Origin: Octopus bimaculoides
Taxonomy: Eukaryota
NCBI RefSeq assembly: GCF_001194135.2
Contig: NC_068995.1
Span: forward strand, 15,520,875-15,555,838
Direction: 5' to 3'
Length of the DNA stretch: 34,964 nt
Shown: one piece after another, positions 33,468-34,964 of the stretch
How the letters are laid out: every line of letters starts with the position of its first letter
Position numbering within the stretch: position 1 is the first letter of the stretch
Notes under the pieces: model-generated
Databases searched by the model: none
Told to the model about the DNA's origin: nothing
Seen by the model: only the letters and a program-made list of their open reading frames with translations
Translations under genes and position numbers: made by a program

Positions 33468-34292
33468 TCCGGAAGAAAACCAAATTTTTCAGACAGGGTC
33501 CGTCGGACTCTTACGCGAATTGATAGAAAGGATCGCAAAAGTACAACTCCCAAAATTACTGCAGAGCTTAATGACCACCTTGAGAACCCAGTTTCCACAA
33601 AAACTGTTCACCGGGAGCTGCACAAAGCTGGATTTCACAGGAGGGCTGCAGTCAGAAAACCACTACTTTCAAAAACAAACATTGCAAAGCGTTTAGAGTG
33701 GAGTAAAAACCTACAGAATTGGTCCCTAGAACAGTGGAAGAATGTTTTTTTCTCGGACGAGTCATCCTTTACCCTATTTCCGAGCCAAAAGAAGCATTTG
33801 ATCCAGACTGCCTTCTTCCAACTGTTAAACATGGAGGAGGATCATTGATGATCTGGGGTGCTATATCTTGGAAATCCGCTGGCCCAGGGGTTTCCATTCA
33901 TGGCAGAATTAATAATAGTGAAGACTATTTAAACATTTTATCTGATCAAATTCATCTTATGGTTGCGTAACTGTTTCCGGAGAGAAAAGCAATCTTACAG
34001 GATGATAATGCACCAATTCACACAGCTAAAGTTGTTATTGAATGGCACGAGGAACATTCTAGTGAAGTTGAACATCTTATCTGGCGACCACAGTCCCCGG
34101 ATCTCATTATCATTGAACATCTATGGTGCATTTTAGAAAAATGCAAGTAAGGAATCAATATCCTCCACCATCATCACTACAAGAACTGGAGACTGTTTTA
34201 GCTGAAGAAGGGACAAAAATTGTTTCGGAAACAATTCAAACTTTGTACGAGTCCATACCTCGTAGAATTCAAGCTGTAATTACTGCTCAAGG
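33468..34292 (+). mobile_element. Tc1/mariner transposase remnant with DD36E catalytic spacing (Incomer-like); 5' and 3' ends missing
   Basis: Manual translation: SGRKPNFSDRVRR..TAELNDHLENPVSTKTVHRELHKAGF..AVRKPLLSKTNIAKRLEW..W..VFFSDES; then (frameshift/deletion) PTVKHGGGSLMIWGAIS..; QDDNAPIHTAKVVIEWHEEHSSEVEHLIWRPQSPDLIIIEHLW; then ..LYESIPRRIQAVITAQG. One internal stop and two frameshifts. No TIRs identified. Confidence 0.93.
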
Positions 34293-34368
34293 TACCGCGC
34301 AGTGGGACTGAATCTGGAACCATGTGGTTGGTAAGCAGGCTACTTACCATACAGCCGCTCCTGCACCT
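34282..34368 (-). mobile_element. SINE family B head fragment fused to the Tc1 remnant
   Basis: caaggtaccgcgcagtgggactgaatctggaaccatgtggttggtaagcaggctacttaccatacagccgctcctgcacct aligns with 7715-7796. Confidence 0.92.
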
Positions 34369-34964
34369 GGGTACATAGGTAATTTAGTAACTGCCTTTTA
34401 CCCGTTCACAATATATCTAGGACTACAATGAGCTTTATGTTTTGTTTGTCGCTGCTATTTCAGGTAAATCGAGTGACACTGCAGAGACCATAAACCTCAT
34501 CGTCGAAATGATCGATCGAGACCAGATTCGATCTAAAGACTAGCAATTATGAAAGCAATTAACAATAGCGAAATGCCTGCCGCTCGTTAATTGCAAGTTT
34601 TTGTTTTAGTCACGTCAAAATATTCCACATCTCAGAGATTCAAAAGATTTCAAACGATAAGCTTTAACGAAAACTTCCAGGACTTCGAGCAGTTTGGAAG
34701 ATTTCTTTGATTCTAAAACAGTTAAGAAATCTGAAGTAGCCAAAGATAAGAAATCCGCTTGAGGCAACGGGAGATCCACATGCAGAGTTATATACTCGGA
34801 CGGATAGGAACATTGTTATACATACATACATACATACATATACATAAATATATATATGTATATATAAGCATACATACACACACATATACATACATGCATA
34901 CACACACGCACACGATTCCGCTCGCATATTTGCATGCATTCATATATATATATATATATATATA

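Noticed and set aside
34464-34543. Apparent terminal exon (G)KSSDTAETINLIVEMIDRDQIRSKD* after tttgtttgtcgctgctatttcag
   Set aside because: The acceptor and first codons align with the family G repeat core (gctgctattt..gtcga..cac..agag); no recognisable protein. Only spliced reads would rescue it.

Overview
AT-rich, microsatellite-dense eukaryotic DNA with six assembly gaps. I found no recognisable host protein-coding gene, and almost all ORF-track entries are microsatellite or gap artefacts. The SINE families and repeat landscape look like an octopus genome (my inference from recall, not checked against a database). The window is a stack of transposable-element remnants: (1) a Tc1-like transposase with DD36E spacing, fused to a SINE head (33468-34368); (2) a hAT (Tip100/ZMYM1-like) transposase relic on the minus strand (~14750-16850) interrupted by a SINE; (3) an R4/Dong-type LINE 3' end with CCHC knuckle and RLE endonuclease, sitting in AAT/GAT microsatellites (22577-23535); (4) two RTE LINE fragments, a 5' APE domain (21217-22205) and a 3' end (10455-10748); (5) over 30 copies or fragments of tRNA-derived SINEs and related repeats, labelled here A, B, D, E, G and H (my own labels); (6) 17-bp and 20-bp minisatellites. 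The most notable items are the DD36E transposon, apparent repeated SINE insertion at one 20-bp site, a SINE carrying an internal expanding microsatellite slot, and the microsatellite-embedded R4 element. I saw no evidence of a novel multi-gene system.
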